Source: a virus (lineage: Duplodnaviria > Heunggongvirae > Uroviricota > Caudoviricetes). Taken from it: DNA of 64,000 nucleotides. The DNA is taken from positions 1 through 64,000 of the IMG/VR virus record IMGVR_UViG_2713896909_000009. One strand, 5' to 3'. Under the pieces are notes generated by a model. That model made no database searches and had not been told where the DNA came from. It saw only the letters and a list, made by a program, of their open reading frames with translations. This document shows positions 21,156 to 32,300 of this stretch, in pieces (positions within the stretch are counted from its first letter, which is position 1; every line of letters starts with the position of its first letter). The position numbers were made by a program, and so were the translations under genes.

Positions 21156-22007
21156 ATGATAAATTATGTCTACGGCGAACAACTGTACCAGGAGTTCGTC
21201 AGCTTCAGGGATCTCTTTCTAAAAAAAGCTGTTGCACGCGCCCAACACGTTGATACCGCCAGCGACGGTCGTCCTGTACGCCCGGTTGTCGTTCTACCGT
21301 TCAAAGAAACGGACAGCATTCAGGCTGAAATTGATAAATGGACTTTAATGGCGCGGGAACTGGAACAGTACCCAGACCTCAATATCCCAAAGACTATTTT
21401 ATATCCAGTGCCTAACATCCTTCGCGGTGTGCGCAAGGTTACAACTTATCAGACAGAAGCTGTGAACAGCGTCAACATGACCGCAGGCCGCATTATTCAT
21501 CTGATTGATAAGGACATTCGCATCCAAAAAAGCGCGGGGATCAATGAGCACAGTGCAAAATACATAGAGAACCTGGAAGCAACAAAAGAGCTAATGAGGC
21601 AGTACCCGGAGGATGAAAAATTCCGTATGCGCGTACACGGCTTTAGCGAAACAATGCTGCGCGTCCACTACATTTCCAGTAGCCCTAACTACAATGATGG
21701 TAAATCAGTTAGTTACCATGTGCCACTGTGTGGCGTGTTTATCTGCGATGAAACTCTCCGTGATGGAATTATCATCAACGGTGAATTCGAAAAAGCAAAA
21801 TTTAGCCTTTATGACTCCATAGAACCGATCATCTGCGACCGCTGGCCGCAAGCAAAAATATATCGCCTGGCAGATATTGAAAATGTAAAAAAACAAATTG
21901 CCATCACTCGCGAAGAGAAAAAGGTTAAGTCAGCCGCATCAGTTACGCGCAGCCGTAAAACCAAAAAGGGGCAGCCAGTAAACGACAACCCCGAAAGCGC
22001 GCAATAA
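21156..22007 (+). CDS. c1: C1 repressor of lytic functions
   Basis: 283 aa 'MINYVYGEQLYQEFVSFRDLFLKKAVARAQHV...'; matches P1 C1 as I recall it. Confidence 0.95.
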   Translation: MINYVYGEQLYQEFVSFRDLFLKKAVARAQHVDTASDGRPVRPVVVLPFKETDSIQAEIDKWTLMARELEQYPDLNIPKTILYPVPNILRGVRKVTTYQTEAVNSVNMTAGRIIHLIDKDIRIQKSAGINEHSAKYIENLEATKELMRQYPEDEKFRMRVHGFSETMLRVHYISSSPNYNDGKSVSYHVPLCGVFICDETLRDGIIINGEFEKAKFSLYDSIEPIICDRWPQAKIYRLADIENVKKQIAITREEKKVKSAASVTRSRKTKKGQPVNDNPESAQ

Positions 22008-22039
22008 ATTATGCCCGGCATCAACCGGGCATTCTTCCA

Positions 22040-23155
22040 TTATTCAGCCGCCACCGGTTTTAACAAGCCAGCATCAAGTAGCTTGCGAGTTAACCACTGC
22101 TGGCCTTTACCCGTTAATTGAGGCGTCAACCGTATCTGGTAGCCATCTTCATCATCCAGCACCACTTCTTTCACCGTGAAATACCCCGCGGTGATGTACT
22201 GCTGGAACGGCACATTTTTACGTCCGCCGGACGCAATCAGGATGCCGTTCTCCCGTAACCAGGCAAACAGCGCGTTTTGCTTAAGTCCAACAACCTTTGC
22301 AAAATTCCCAATCAGGATCCCTTTAGCTACTGATACCCGGTCGGCAAAATCGACCTTAGGAGCGGCGGCCACCAGCTGCTGATTTAGCTGGTGGGCTTTC
22401 TGTTCCAGAAGCTGCTTTTGTTCAGCCAGTTCGGCAGCCAGACGCAGGGCTTCTGGAAGCGTCTGGGGGATTGTGACCGGTTGCTGTTCTTTTTGTCGGA
22501 AGTAGCTGTCTTCCAGTTTTTCAAAGAATGCCCATGCCTGATCGGTTTCGAGCATTTTAGCGTGACGGGCAGCGCCGCGTTCTGTCCAGAGAGTGAGTGA
22601 GCGGGCTTTGGGTGAGACTGGATTTTGTGAGTAGTTTAAAGCTACCCGCAAATTTTTCAGCTCATCGCCAATAACCTTGAAAAAGTGCTTCCCTTCAACA
22701 AAGCGCACTTTGTTCTCATGATGATTCTGGCGAATACGGATTGTTTCTGTCCCATACCCTTTAGCAAGAGTCTCGGTTGTCACTACACGCACCCCCTGCC
22801 ACTCCAGAACGGGAATTTCATCAGGCTGATTTTGAGCAACCACCAGCTCCGATTCCTGAACTGAAGTTGCATGAATTTTTTCTGATTTAACGTTAGTTGC
22901 TTTCATTCTGTGTGCCTCCTTGCGTGCTTCGGCTGCGATGGTTGCGTAATTCAGATGCCCCTGTTCGAGCAGGTATTCGCGGATATCAGACAACAGGATA
23001 CGGTGAACCGCGTTCTTGTCCTTTCTCCGGTAAAGTTGTTTGGTGATCATGAAGTAGTTGGCAATAACGCCCGGTATATCCCTGGTACTGATACAGGCAG
23101 TGTGCTGTTCAATTGCCTCGATCATCTCTTCACGGGTGACTAATGACGTTCTCAT
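22040..23155 (-). CDS. antirepressor-like protein, paralog 3
   Basis: 371 aa; conserved N/C termini; central domain diverged ('TETIRIRQNHHENKVRFVEGKHFFKVIG'). Confidence 0.7.
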   Translation of the reverse strand: MRTSLVTREEMIEAIEQHTACISTRDIPGVIANYFMITKQLYRRKDKNAVHRILLSDIREYLLEQGHLNYATIAAEARKEAHRMKATNVKSEKIHATSVQESELVVAQNQPDEIPVLEWQGVRVVTTETLAKGYGTETIRIRQNHHENKVRFVEGKHFFKVIGDELKNLRVALNYSQNPVSPKARSLTLWTERGAARHAKMLETDQAWAFFEKLEDSYFRQKEQQPVTIPQTLPEALRLAAELAEQKQLLEQKAHQLNQQLVAAAPKVDFADRVSVAKGILIGNFAKVVGLKQNALFAWLRENGILIASGGRKNVPFQQYITAGYFTVKEVVLDDEDGYQIRLTPQLTGKGQQWLTRKLLDAGLLKPVAAE

Positions 23156-23373
23156 AGCCCCTCCTGAGCCGAAGCGTTAACAGGGAGGCACCAGTAACTG
23201 AGAGAATTGCGTGAATCAGTGGAAAAACGGGCAGAGAAAATACATGGGGCGTCAGGAAGCTGAGAGCGGGCCTCATCTTCTGTTGTTGCGATAACGAAGT
23301 GATAGTGACGTTTCTGGCAGGAGTAAAAGCGCCAGATAAATTCAGGGTGAGTTGGGGTAGGGATAGTAGCCAT
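23152..23373 (-). CDS. small ORF coupled to antirepressor-like paralog 3 (icd-like position)
   Basis: 73 aa 'MATIPTPTHPEFIWRFYSCQKRHYHFVIATTEDEARSQLPDAPCIF...'; ATGA overlap. Confidence 0.5.
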   Translation of the reverse strand: MATIPTPTHPEFIWRFYSCQKRHYHFVIATTEDEARSQLPDAPCIFSARFSTDSRNSLSYWCLPVNASAQEGL

Positions 23374-23557
23374 AATGGCAGCCTCCTTTTGCTAACTTAA
23401 GGAGCTACCGCGTGAGGTTCCAATCTCAATGGCGGTAGCACTGACTGGGTTGGAACTACCGGCGCAAAAGGGAACCGGCCTGCCTTTCGGCAGCCCAGCC
23501 AGCACTACCATTGATCTCGGAGCTATGTGCTACGTATGGCTGTGCGATGGCATGACA

Positions 23558-23579
23558 CAAAAAAAGACGCTTTTGGCGT
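23558..23579 (-). terminator. intrinsic terminator inside the cassette-3 leader
   Basis: plus strand 'aaaaaaa gacgc ttttg gcgtc'; in minus sense a hairpin followed by T7. Confidence 0.45.
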
Positions 23580-23712
23580 CTGTGTCGCCTTTTGCATTAT
23601 CCGGGGTTCCAATCCCGGCACCCGTTTTAATGAGGTGCCTGATAAGCATAAACCGAAAATGCCTCAAGGCGCAAGAGGTCAGGTTCAATGTAACATCGGT
23701 AGTCAAAAAACA

Positions 23713-23729
23713 CAATTTATTAGAGCAAG
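23713..23729. promoter_or_regulatory. C1 operator-like site abutting the pacB stop
   Basis: 'caatttattagagcaag' (reverse complement CTTGCTCTAATAAATTG). Confidence 0.55.
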
Positions 23730-23732
23730 TTT

Positions 23733-25217
23733 TTACTCATTAAGCCATGCCAGAGCTTCATCAACCTGCGCTTCGTCTTCAACGCTAAGCACTTCATCCT
23801 GGGGAACATAGTTCGCCAACATAGCGAAACAATATGTATCCCAATGGTCCGGTGAGTGCAGGTTGAGTTTTTTCTTCATGTCTTCCTTTGACATCACCTT
23901 CCATTGACCTGCGGAATTTATCCCTACCGGTATCTTTGATGCTTCCTCTATAGTCGCAGCCCCCTTATCAAGCCGCATACGCCCTGATTTTACAGCTTCT
24001 GCCGCTTGAATATTCGCGAAAGCGCGCATATCGAAATAAAGGCTTTTATCTTCACGGCTGTGCATCTTTTTACCCCAGCGGATACGCTGGACGGTAATAC
24101 CATAGCGTTCGTACATCAGATCAGCCGTCGATTTCCCCAAGCCATCGCCATCAATAGCTATGGTGATATTGGAGAATCGCTCAGGATTACATTCTGCGAA
24201 AATTTTGGCGGCAAGCTGCGTTTCTGTAACGTCTGTGTATTCCAGCATTCGATAGTTGATTACACGGCGTTTATTTCTCTGGCCGGACACCATCATGATA
24301 TTGATAACGGACTTATCCCGTCCCGTACCACCAGCAACGTCCACACATGCAAGCCAGCCCCATCCTTTGGCAATCTTGACTTTCCGCCGCGTTGCACGTT
24401 CAACCTCATCACGTCCAAGAAGGAAGCCATCCTGTGATTTAGGGAATAGGCCGCGTACCTTAATCATGTACATAGGGTTATCACGCCCGCCGTACTCCGC
24501 CAGCTTCATTTTGATAAATGCTGGCGTTACCAGCGGTGATTCCTCACTGTTAAGCGTAATCGCCGTATAAACGCCATCAGGATTACCATGACGCTTGGCC
24601 AGTTTATGGTGAGTATCGTAGAAATAGCCGCTTGGGCGTGTAGGCTGTGACAGCAATAAGATGCGGTTATCCTGTCCGGTAAGAGCACCGGTGATGATAC
24701 CGAAAGCTCTATCACTGACACCGGAGGCTTCATCGATAATATACAGAAGATGATCTGCGTGTTCACCTGCGAGAGCTTCTTCACTTCCCAGACGAAAGCC
24801 CTTCGGTACTACAGTCCATACACCTTTACCAGTAACCTCATAGAAAGCGGTTTCTGTCAGAACAAAATAATCAGCAAGCCATGGAAAACGGCTGGTGGCC
24901 GTAGCCCAGTTTATCTTGATGTACTTGAATATACCGGTCATTACCTGCTGAATTTTGTTCGCAACGATAATGGCACGGGCACCGGGATACATGATTATGA
25001 ACAACATGATCATGATAGAAGTCATGTCTGATTTCCCGGTACCGTGGCCAGACGAAACAGATGTCTTGCTACCCTGTTCCTGCACAGACTCAATAATCAG
25101 ATCCTGCTGCCAGGTAGGTGTTTTGCCGAACAAAACATCAGCGGCCGCAATCCAGTCATAACGATATAGCGCCACCAGCTCGCGCCAACGTGGATCCGTT
25201 ACGCAACTTCTGGCCAT
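23733..25217 (-). CDS. pacB: terminase large subunit
   Basis: 494 aa; Walker A-like 'GHGTGKSD'; directly downstream of pacA. Confidence 0.85.
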   Translation of the reverse strand: MARSCVTDPRWRELVALYRYDWIAAADVLFGKTPTWQQDLIIESVQEQGSKTSVSSGHGTGKSDMTSIMIMLFIIMYPGARAIIVANKIQQVMTGIFKYIKINWATATSRFPWLADYFVLTETAFYEVTGKGVWTVVPKGFRLGSEEALAGEHADHLLYIIDEASGVSDRAFGIITGALTGQDNRILLLSQPTRPSGYFYDTHHKLAKRHGNPDGVYTAITLNSEESPLVTPAFIKMKLAEYGGRDNPMYMIKVRGLFPKSQDGFLLGRDEVERATRRKVKIAKGWGWLACVDVAGGTGRDKSVINIMMVSGQRNKRRVINYRMLEYTDVTETQLAAKIFAECNPERFSNITIAIDGDGLGKSTADLMYERYGITVQRIRWGKKMHSREDKSLYFDMRAFANIQAAEAVKSGRMRLDKGAATIEEASKIPVGINSAGQWKVMSKEDMKKKLNLHSPDHWDTYCFAMLANYVPQDEVLSVEDEAQVDEALAWLNE

Positions 25218-26410
25218 TAATCATCATCCCCGTATAGCTTGCGGGTAACTTCTTCGTCTTCCTCCTCGTCTTCGTCCAGGTCTTGTTCCAGCCATGGTTC
25301 GTTTGATACACCTTCAGCATCAACATCTCCATAACCGCCTGTATCAACGATATCGGCGATTTCTTCCCTACGTTGCTCAATCCACAATGCAGCATCGGCG
25401 CGGCGGTTGGCGGCTCGTTCTCGCGCAACTTTGTCCAGATCTTCAAGAGAAGGGCCACCGACGGCTGTTTGCCTTTCCTCATCATCGGTATTGGTCTTAG
25501 GAGCACGCAGATCGGCTTTGATTTGCTCCAGCATCAGGGGCGGCACTTTCCCGCCATGCGCCTCGATGAATTCAGCTGCTTCCAGCACTGACCAGTTATT
25601 TTCACGCTTTCGTTCGTATGCCAGCTTAACAATGCCAGCTTGCCCCATAGACAAAGCGTGCTTTTCCGCCTCCCGGCTTTCTTTTCGATAGTTATTCCGG
25701 ATGCTGTAAATGGTGTTGATCAGACTGCTTATCTGCGCGGAACAGCTGTTTAGCATGCTCGCGATACGGTATTCAGGCGGAGTACCTTCATCATCGTCTT
25801 TTTGCTGATCGCGCATTTCCTGCACCAGGCGAATACACGTATCCCTGGCGTTCTCCAGCATAAGGAGATGAGAAAGAGACTTTTCAAGAAGAGTGGTTTC
25901 CAGAACATCGGCCCCGGACCGACGCAACATAGCGCGCGCGGCCTTCCGCGCTTCAACGTTATCGATCAGGTAATCGCCAGCTTCGAATTCAAAGCGTTCA
26001 CCATCATCATCCAGGGTGTCGCGTTCCAGGCGATCACGTAAGGTCCGGTGGGCGCGGGTGATCACGTCATGATCATCTGAACGATCATTTATGCGCTTAT
26101 TTTGGCGCTTCGCATTCTCGACTGCGGCATTGATAACGGCATTAACTCTCTGTTTTTCCGCTATTTCAGCCGCAATATGATCACCTGCATGTTGATCATT
26201 AGAGTGATCAATGATCATGCTTTTTAGTGGCTTCCTGACTGGCTTATTTGGCTTGCGGCTGTCCGCAGTCCTGGTGTCTTCTTTGAAGGCACGGAGATAA
26301 CGACGTGCGGTATTAGGGTTAAGATTAAACTCGGCGGCATACTGTGCGATGGTGTAACCACCATCTCGCGCCAGGCGAGCAAAATTCTTCTTGTGATCGT
26401 CCCAGGTCAC
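25217..26410 (-). CDS. pacA: terminase small subunit (pac recognition)
   Basis: 397 aa; acidic C-terminus; contains the hexamer pac site. Confidence 0.85.
   Translation of the reverse strand: MTWDDHKKNFARLARDGGYTIAQYAAEFNLNPNTARRYLRAFKEDTRTADSRKPNKPVRKPLKSMIIDHSNDQHAGDHIAAEIAEKQRVNAVINAAVENAKRQNKRINDRSDDHDVITRAHRTLRDRLERDTLDDDGERFEFEAGDYLIDNVEARKAARAMLRRSGADVLETTLLEKSLSHLLMLENARDTCIRLVQEMRDQQKDDDEGTPPEYRIASMLNSCSAQISSLINTIYSIRNNYRKESREAEKHALSMGQAGIVKLAYERKRENNWSVLEAAEFIEAHGGKVPPLMLEQIKADLRAPKTNTDDEERQTAVGGPSLEDLDKVARERAANRRADAALWIEQRREEIADIVDTGGYGDVDAEGVSNEPWLEQDLDEDEEEDEEVTRKLYGDDD
26059..26217. other. pac: pac packaging site (clustered TGATCA/CGATCA hexamers with Dam GATC)
   Basis: three hexamers at 26059-26087 and four at 26178-26217, inside the 5' part of pacA. 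Confidence 0.7.
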
Positions 26411-26495
26411 TTATGCTTCCTTTCGTAAAAACTCTTTTTGACGCGAGGGTAACGAAAGTCACATGTCAAAAGGCCCGGAACGGGCAAGCAATCAA

Positions 26496-26948
26496 TCAGA
26501 TACGTGCGGATGTGGCATTACCGTAATGACGGTGCTGACGGGCCACCTTATTGAAAAGTTGACGCGCCATTACCCAAGGCTGGTGCTCCCGGCGTTCCTT
26601 TTCGTCCTGCGTCATATAGAGTTCGTTCTGGAGTTTTTCATCAAACCGACGCGGCGCGCGGCTGCGGCGAAAGAATTCAGGATTCAGAGAGTGGATCTGA
26701 AATCTGCGTGGGCGTGTACTGTCATCAATCAAAACAGATGAATACTTAGACACAGCGATAGCCTTTAAGCGCAGATAAACGTCGCGCTTATCGACATCCA
26801 GATGCGGGTATTCCTTTTCAAGGATTGCTGCGAGTTCTTTCGCTGATAGAAGAGATTTAGTGCGGATCATGTAATCCGCAATCTCATACGATGTTATTCG
26901 TGAGTGATTTATTTCCATGAAGTGGCGTCCCTGCCAGTTAAGTAACAT
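26496..26948 (-). CDS. lpa: late promoter activator-like protein
   Basis: 150-aa ORF upstream of pacA with an operator in front; assignment by synteny and size. Confidence 0.55.
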   Translation of the reverse strand: MLLNWQGRHFMEINHSRITSYEIADYMIRTKSLLSAKELAAILEKEYPHLDVDKRDVYLRLKAIAVSKYSSVLIDDSTRPRRFQIHSLNPEFFRRSRAPRRFDEKLQNELYMTQDEKERREHQPWVMARQLFNKVARQHRHYGNATSARI

Positions 26949-27018
26949 CCTGTCACCTACTGATTAGCCCATGTCAACTAATCAACGTGGAATATAATAC
27001 CCTCGATTAAAGAAATAG

Positions 27019-27035
27019 CAATACATTAGAGCAAT
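27019..27035. promoter_or_regulatory. C1 operator-like site upstream of lpa (Op88-like)
   Basis: 'caatacattagagcaat'. Confidence 0.55.
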
Positions 27036-27036
27036 T

Positions 27037-28080
27037 TTATCTAACGCTCGACGAATGACTTGTGATAACGCCGACTCCAAGCGCGTAATCAAAGAACAAT
27101 CGTTGATGCATCGCCAGCCTGCCGTGCGTTTTCTCCCAATTATCGCGGTCACGCTCAATATCACGCTGGCATGACTGGCACAGAGGAATTGCGTAAATGT
27201 CATGCGCGCATAATCGACTATGACGAACGATATAAGGCGTAATGTGAGCGCCAGCTCCCGCAGCTCCACACCCACAGCATGGACGGGAAGCAACAAAGTC
27301 CATGTACTCAGGTAATTTTAGCGATTGCAGTTTTGGTATTTTGAAATGCGCCATGCCAGGGTCGGAGTCAACATCCACAGGGCATACTTTTGCACGCATC
27401 GGCGCAGCGCGTTCTTCCATCATCTGAACATATGCTGTAGCGCGATCGTCATACGGGCGAATATCCGCCTCTTTCAGAGGTCCGCTATCCTGCGTTGCAG
27501 CCTTAATCTTATTTATTGATATACGGCAGACTTCTTCCGGCATCAGGTGCATCATGTCGCGCATGAAAGCCCACCAGCACAGTTCCTGAATACTTAAATC
27601 ATGGCCGTCTGAAAACCCCATTTCCTGACGGGCGACATCCAGTATCCAGTTAACGCGATTATTATGCAGCGTTTCTTTCAGCTCATTAAAACCACGCATC
27701 CGGTAATGGTTATCGTGATGCCAGCACAACAACACCGCGCTATTGTCTCGTTCTGCGTGGACAATATGGTTGTCACACCAGCTACGATCTGCGGCCTGGC
27801 ATTGCCCCTCTTTCCTGCGCAACCACGCCACCAGCGAGTCAATTCCACCAATACGGCGAAACAGTTCATCGCTGTTAAAAAACGGCTGCAACGCCTCATT
27901 TGTTGCCATAGTTTGCTCGGAAACAACGAGGCCGTCGTCCATGTGCTCGATTAACTCACGCGGCACCGGCTCCATAATAAATTTACGGCCAGCCTCCACC
28001 AGCTTTCTGACTTCCTGATCCACTTTGAATGTGGCGACGCCAAGCTCTTTTTGTACAAAGGGAGTAATTACGGCTTTCAC
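27037..28080 (-). CDS. hypothetical Cys-rich protein (P1 pdcB position)
   Basis: 347 aa; Cys clusters '[12 protein letters not shown]' and 'CQSCQ'. Confidence 0.4.
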   Translation of the reverse strand: MKAVITPFVQKELGVATFKVDQEVRKLVEAGRKFIMEPVPRELIEHMDDGLVVSEQTMATNEALQPFFNSDELFRRIGGIDSLVAWLRRKEGQCQAADRSWCDNHIVHAERDNSAVLLCWHHDNHYRMRGFNELKETLHNNRVNWILDVARQEMGFSDGHDLSIQELCWWAFMRDMMHLMPEEVCRISINKIKAATQDSGPLKEADIRPYDDRATAYVQMMEERAAPMRAKVCPVDVDSDPGMAHFKIPKLQSLKLPEYMDFVASRPCCGCGAAGAGAHITPYIVRHSRLCAHDIYAIPLCQSCQRDIERDRDNWEKTHGRLAMHQRLFFDYALGVGVITSHSSSVR

Positions 28081-28107
28081 ATCACACCTTTAATCACTGA
28101 TTGGGCT

Positions 28108-28308
28108 TTATATGCTGCCCGGCATTCTCTGTTTAAGCACAACCATTTCCTGACGGCATAACACAGCAATAGCAGTCCTGGCTCCAATTTGCTTACCAAC
28201 CAGGTATTGCTTTACCTCGCGGCGACTCACGCCATCAAGAAGCATCTTTAACGCTTCACGGGACAATTTGTTGTATTTACGTGCCATTAATCTACTCCGC
28301 GGAACCAT
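28108..28308 (-). CDS. small ORF downstream of doc (pdcA position)
   Basis: 66 aa, overlaps the doc end. Confidence 0.3.
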
Positions 28309-28672
28309 ACAATCTACGTAACGTGTCGGCGACAGAAGATACAGATATCTCGCCAGTCGCAGCGCCTACGGTAAGGTCTGCCAGTTCAGGTGAATCAAAT
28401 ACCTGCACCCCGTTACGGCGTAGAAATAGCAGCGCACTGTTTAGCGCGGTACGCTTATTGGCATCATTGAAAATATGCCCTCTCGCTGTAGCCACCAGGT
28501 AGGTGGCGGAGACTTCGAAAAGGTCAGTGATCTCTTCGTAGGCAACTCTGGCCTGAACTCTCCCGATAATGGCCTCTGCCCTACCCGGATCTGACATTCC
28601 CGGCAGGCCGCCGTAGCGGCTTATATTCGCATCATGAAGCGCAATAAGTTCTTCCGGTGATATATGCCTCAT
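28292..28672 (-). CDS. doc: Doc toxin (Fic-fold kinase) of the phd-doc addiction module
   Basis: 126 aa '[25 protein letters not shown]...[19 protein letters not shown]'. Confidence 0.9.
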
Positions 28673-28893
28673 TATCGGTTAACCAGTTCCTTGTTGGTGG
28701 AGTCCAGGGTGTCAAACAGGGCTGCAAATTCAGCATCCAGCGCCGCTTTTTTGTAGGCTTCAAAAGTAGCCTTGCTGACAATTACTGCTGGCTCACGGCC
28801 TCTGCGGGTGATTTCAACCTCTTCCCCGGCTTCAACATTGTTGAGCACTTCAGAAAGGTTGCCGCGCGCGGTACGGAAGTTAATGGATTGCAT
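28672..28893 (-). CDS. phd: Phd antitoxin
   Basis: 73 aa from the internal Met '[42 protein letters not shown]'; stop overlaps the doc start. Confidence 0.9.
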
Positions 28894-28901
28894 AAACACC
28901 T

Positions 28902-28930
28902 CGTGTACTCGTTATGTGTACACAATTATA
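28902..28930. promoter_or_regulatory. Phd/Doc autoregulatory operator palindromes
   Basis: 'gtgtactcgttatgtgtacacaat' with GTGTAC palindromic half-sites just upstream of phd. Confidence 0.6.
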
Positions 28931-29364
28931 AACTTCACAGGCATAAAGCACCAGCACTTTGCAGCTTAAATAACCGGACAATCATCAAACTCCCCACTTC
29001 GGGCATCATTGATGACATGAGTGATCACACCAAAAACAGCATTACTGCCCGTACATCCTAGTGTTGACGTGGATACATCCACTATCTTTGGCTATCCGCT
29101 GCCCACATGAAGTAGCTCACTGATGGATATCGAAGTAACCTTGCTGAAAATTACCGCTAGTTATTCATACTCCGCCATTCCTCCTATGCTTCCATACACC
29201 GAGTTCATGTGTTTTTAATCGACAGTAACCATCTGAAACATAGATAAGAGAATCTAAAATGAAGGTCTACTCTATGCTAAATAGAAAGGGAGGCTCAATA
29301 GAATAATGGCGTTGAGGAAGTCAACGCCATTATTATTTAAGATTGAGTCATTCTAAGCAAAAAA

Positions 29365-32300
29365 TTATTCCGCTTCCTTATCATTCGCCTCTACAGCATT
29401 AATGGTTATTGTTACCGGTTCCATTTCGTATCCTCCATAGTTTAGAGAGTTGAATGTTAATGTATATTTTCCTGGCTTAGTGGTGCTAAATTTGCGTGTA
29501 ATTTTACCGTTTACAAAATGGTCGAATTTAGAAGGCAGGAATTCATAATCCTCTTCTTTCACATTGTCAGGTGCCTGAATCTCAACCCACATAGTGCCCC
29601 CGACAGGATTATTTTCCGCCATAAGAGTAATCTCCAACGTTGCGGTTGTTGTCCCATCCGCCACCAGAGATGTAACATCAGACGATGCGGCAAGCACTGC
29701 GTTTTTGTAATCCACAACAAATTTGGACTCAGCTGTTTTAGTCGATGTTTGACCATTAGTCTGCTTAACTGTAGCCGTCACTGTATACGTCGCAGCCGTT
29801 GTTGTTGTTGCAGTGAAAACAGCCAGCCCTTGCTCATCTGTTGTAGCAACCCCGTCAGGAGACAGAGTTAATTCTCCCTGACTGGTACTAGCACTGGCAC
29901 TCAACGTTACCTCACTCCCTTTCAGGAGGTTGTTATTAGCATCTGTTACAGTGATCTTGTACGTTTGTTTATCTTTGCCATTTGCCAGAGCATAGTTATT
30001 AATCACCTCTATGCTAGAAATGGTTGCTGTAGCTTTGTCAGCCACAAACGTAATCGTCTTGGCATCTGAAAGCTGCTCATTTTCTTTTGATGCCCTGACC
30101 TCATACGAGCCAGCAATCACGGAAACTACTTGTAGTTCCGCTTTACCCTCATCGTCGGTCCTCACCCAAATGTGTTTTCCAGCAGCAGGTGTGACCCCCT
30201 TAGGTAGATTAAACGTAACCAACTCTCCAGAGAGTGCATTGCCATTTTTATCCTTAACAATAGCCGTCAGCGTAAAGGCATCACTGCCATTTGCTGCTCT
30301 TTGAGAGCTATCGTCAACCTGAAGGCTTACCTGCCCAGAACTGGCATCCGCACTGAACGTCACCGTAACCGTCTTCTGAGCACCATTCACCGAAGCAGTA
30401 ATATTGTGTTCCCCAGCAACCGTTGACATCAACTCAATATCAGCTTTACCCGCCGCATTAGTTGTTACCGTATTCCCTGTCTTGCTGGTCACACCCTGCG
30501 GTAAAGTCAGCGTGACATTTTGCCCCTGTAACGGGTTGCCATAGGTATCCACGACGGTCAGAGTTATCTGGTTAGCAGACTGTCCATTAGCCAGTTGGTT
30601 GTTAACCTTCACTGTCATATCACTGATTACTGCCTGAGATGTGTCGCCTGCAACATTCAGCACCAGAGGCTGGGCAACGGCATTTTGGCCGTTCACTCGC
30701 GGCATCACGATTAATTCACCCGCCGTAGTACCCAGAGAAATCTGCGCAGTCCATGTTCCATCGCCATTATCTGTCCAATCTGATACCGACGACCCCGCAG
30801 AGGCTGCGCCCGATAATGACGGCGCTTCCGGGGTGATACCTGTTACTGGGTTGTCATTGGCATCTTTTGCTGACCAGATTGCCGTAAGCGTACCGCCAAC
30901 CACAGGTTTATCCGAGGTCAGAGTGATAGTTGAGTGTTTGGCATCAATCGGCCCGGCAACAAACTTCAGCGTTTGTTGCAACGAGCCCAACTGATACTGC
31001 TCACTAAAGACACGCACAACAACATCTCCGGCACTGGTCGAAGAAACCGTGGCGCTGTAAATCCCAGGTTTTATCTCCGAAATAGTGCCAACGGTAACTC
31101 CGTTGTTGTCCTGCGGAACAAAGCGCAGACGGCTGGCTTCTCCCGTCACAGCGTTGCCATCGGTATCTACCGCTGTAAGCGTCAGCGTGTAGGATTGCTG
31201 ACCATCAGCAGCCACATCATCTGAAAGCTCACTCACACTCAGAGTGGACTTTGTCACATCCATCATTGTGGCACGCAAATCGGCAGTAACGGTTTTGCTC
31301 ATACCATCAATGCTCACAGTAATGGTTGCTTCACCTGATTGCGTACCAGTAGTGAAGACTGACTGATACACCCCTGCTTCAGTTTCGGTGAACTCACCCA
31401 ATGTTGGCTGTGTCTGTGATTTAGCAGACCTAAGAGCCCGCGTTACGATGTTTCCGGCAGGTTTAAACGTCAGCTCAGTCTTGATCTGATCTTTCATACC
31501 CGTGATTGGTTGTCCCTCGGCATCGCGCAGAGACAGCGCCAGCGTTTTTTGCGAGCTACCATTAGCAAGCATCTGGATACTGTCCTGTCCGTCAAGCGTT
31601 AGCGCAGAACGATCGGCACTCATACTCGCACCGGTAATGACCACCTGTGTCTGTACACGCTTCGAGGCATTGCCTTTGTTATCATATGCTACCGCAGAGA
31701 TCGCGTAATAATTGTCTTTGCCTGCCTGATAAGCCGGGAGCGTCACTTGCCACTGGTTGCCCTGCCCGGTAATTTTACCGCCCGCAGCCAGCAAAGACGG
31801 CGCCTCCCACTGCACATTTTTTAGACCGTGGGTTGCTTTACTGACCACAAGCCCCAGGGATACCGTCTGCCCGCTCTTACCTTCAATACGCTCAGGCAGA
31901 GCAATACGGATCACTTCAGATTTGCGGTATTCAAGAACGATGTTGTTATTACGCTCAACCAGGTCATAGCGGCTGCCTGTCAGCACACGGCGCTCGCGAA
32001 TGCTGTCTGTATCGAGTTGTTTTTCCAGAGGTTCGCCAATCCGGTAGTTAATTTCCAGGCCCAAACGGGTGTCATTCTGACCGCTCTTGCCCTGCTTATG
32101 CTCTGCGCTCAGGGTCAGAAGAGGTACAGGCGTGTAGTTCACCCCAGCTGAAATAGCATGTGGGTTTTTCTGGCGTTTATCTTTACCAAACAGTCCTACC
32201 TCATCGCCGTAATACTGTTCATACATCAGGCTTGCGCCAAGCTGTGGCCAGGCCGGTAAATAGCCCTCAGCACGGATATCCCAGCCATTCGCCGGACGTT

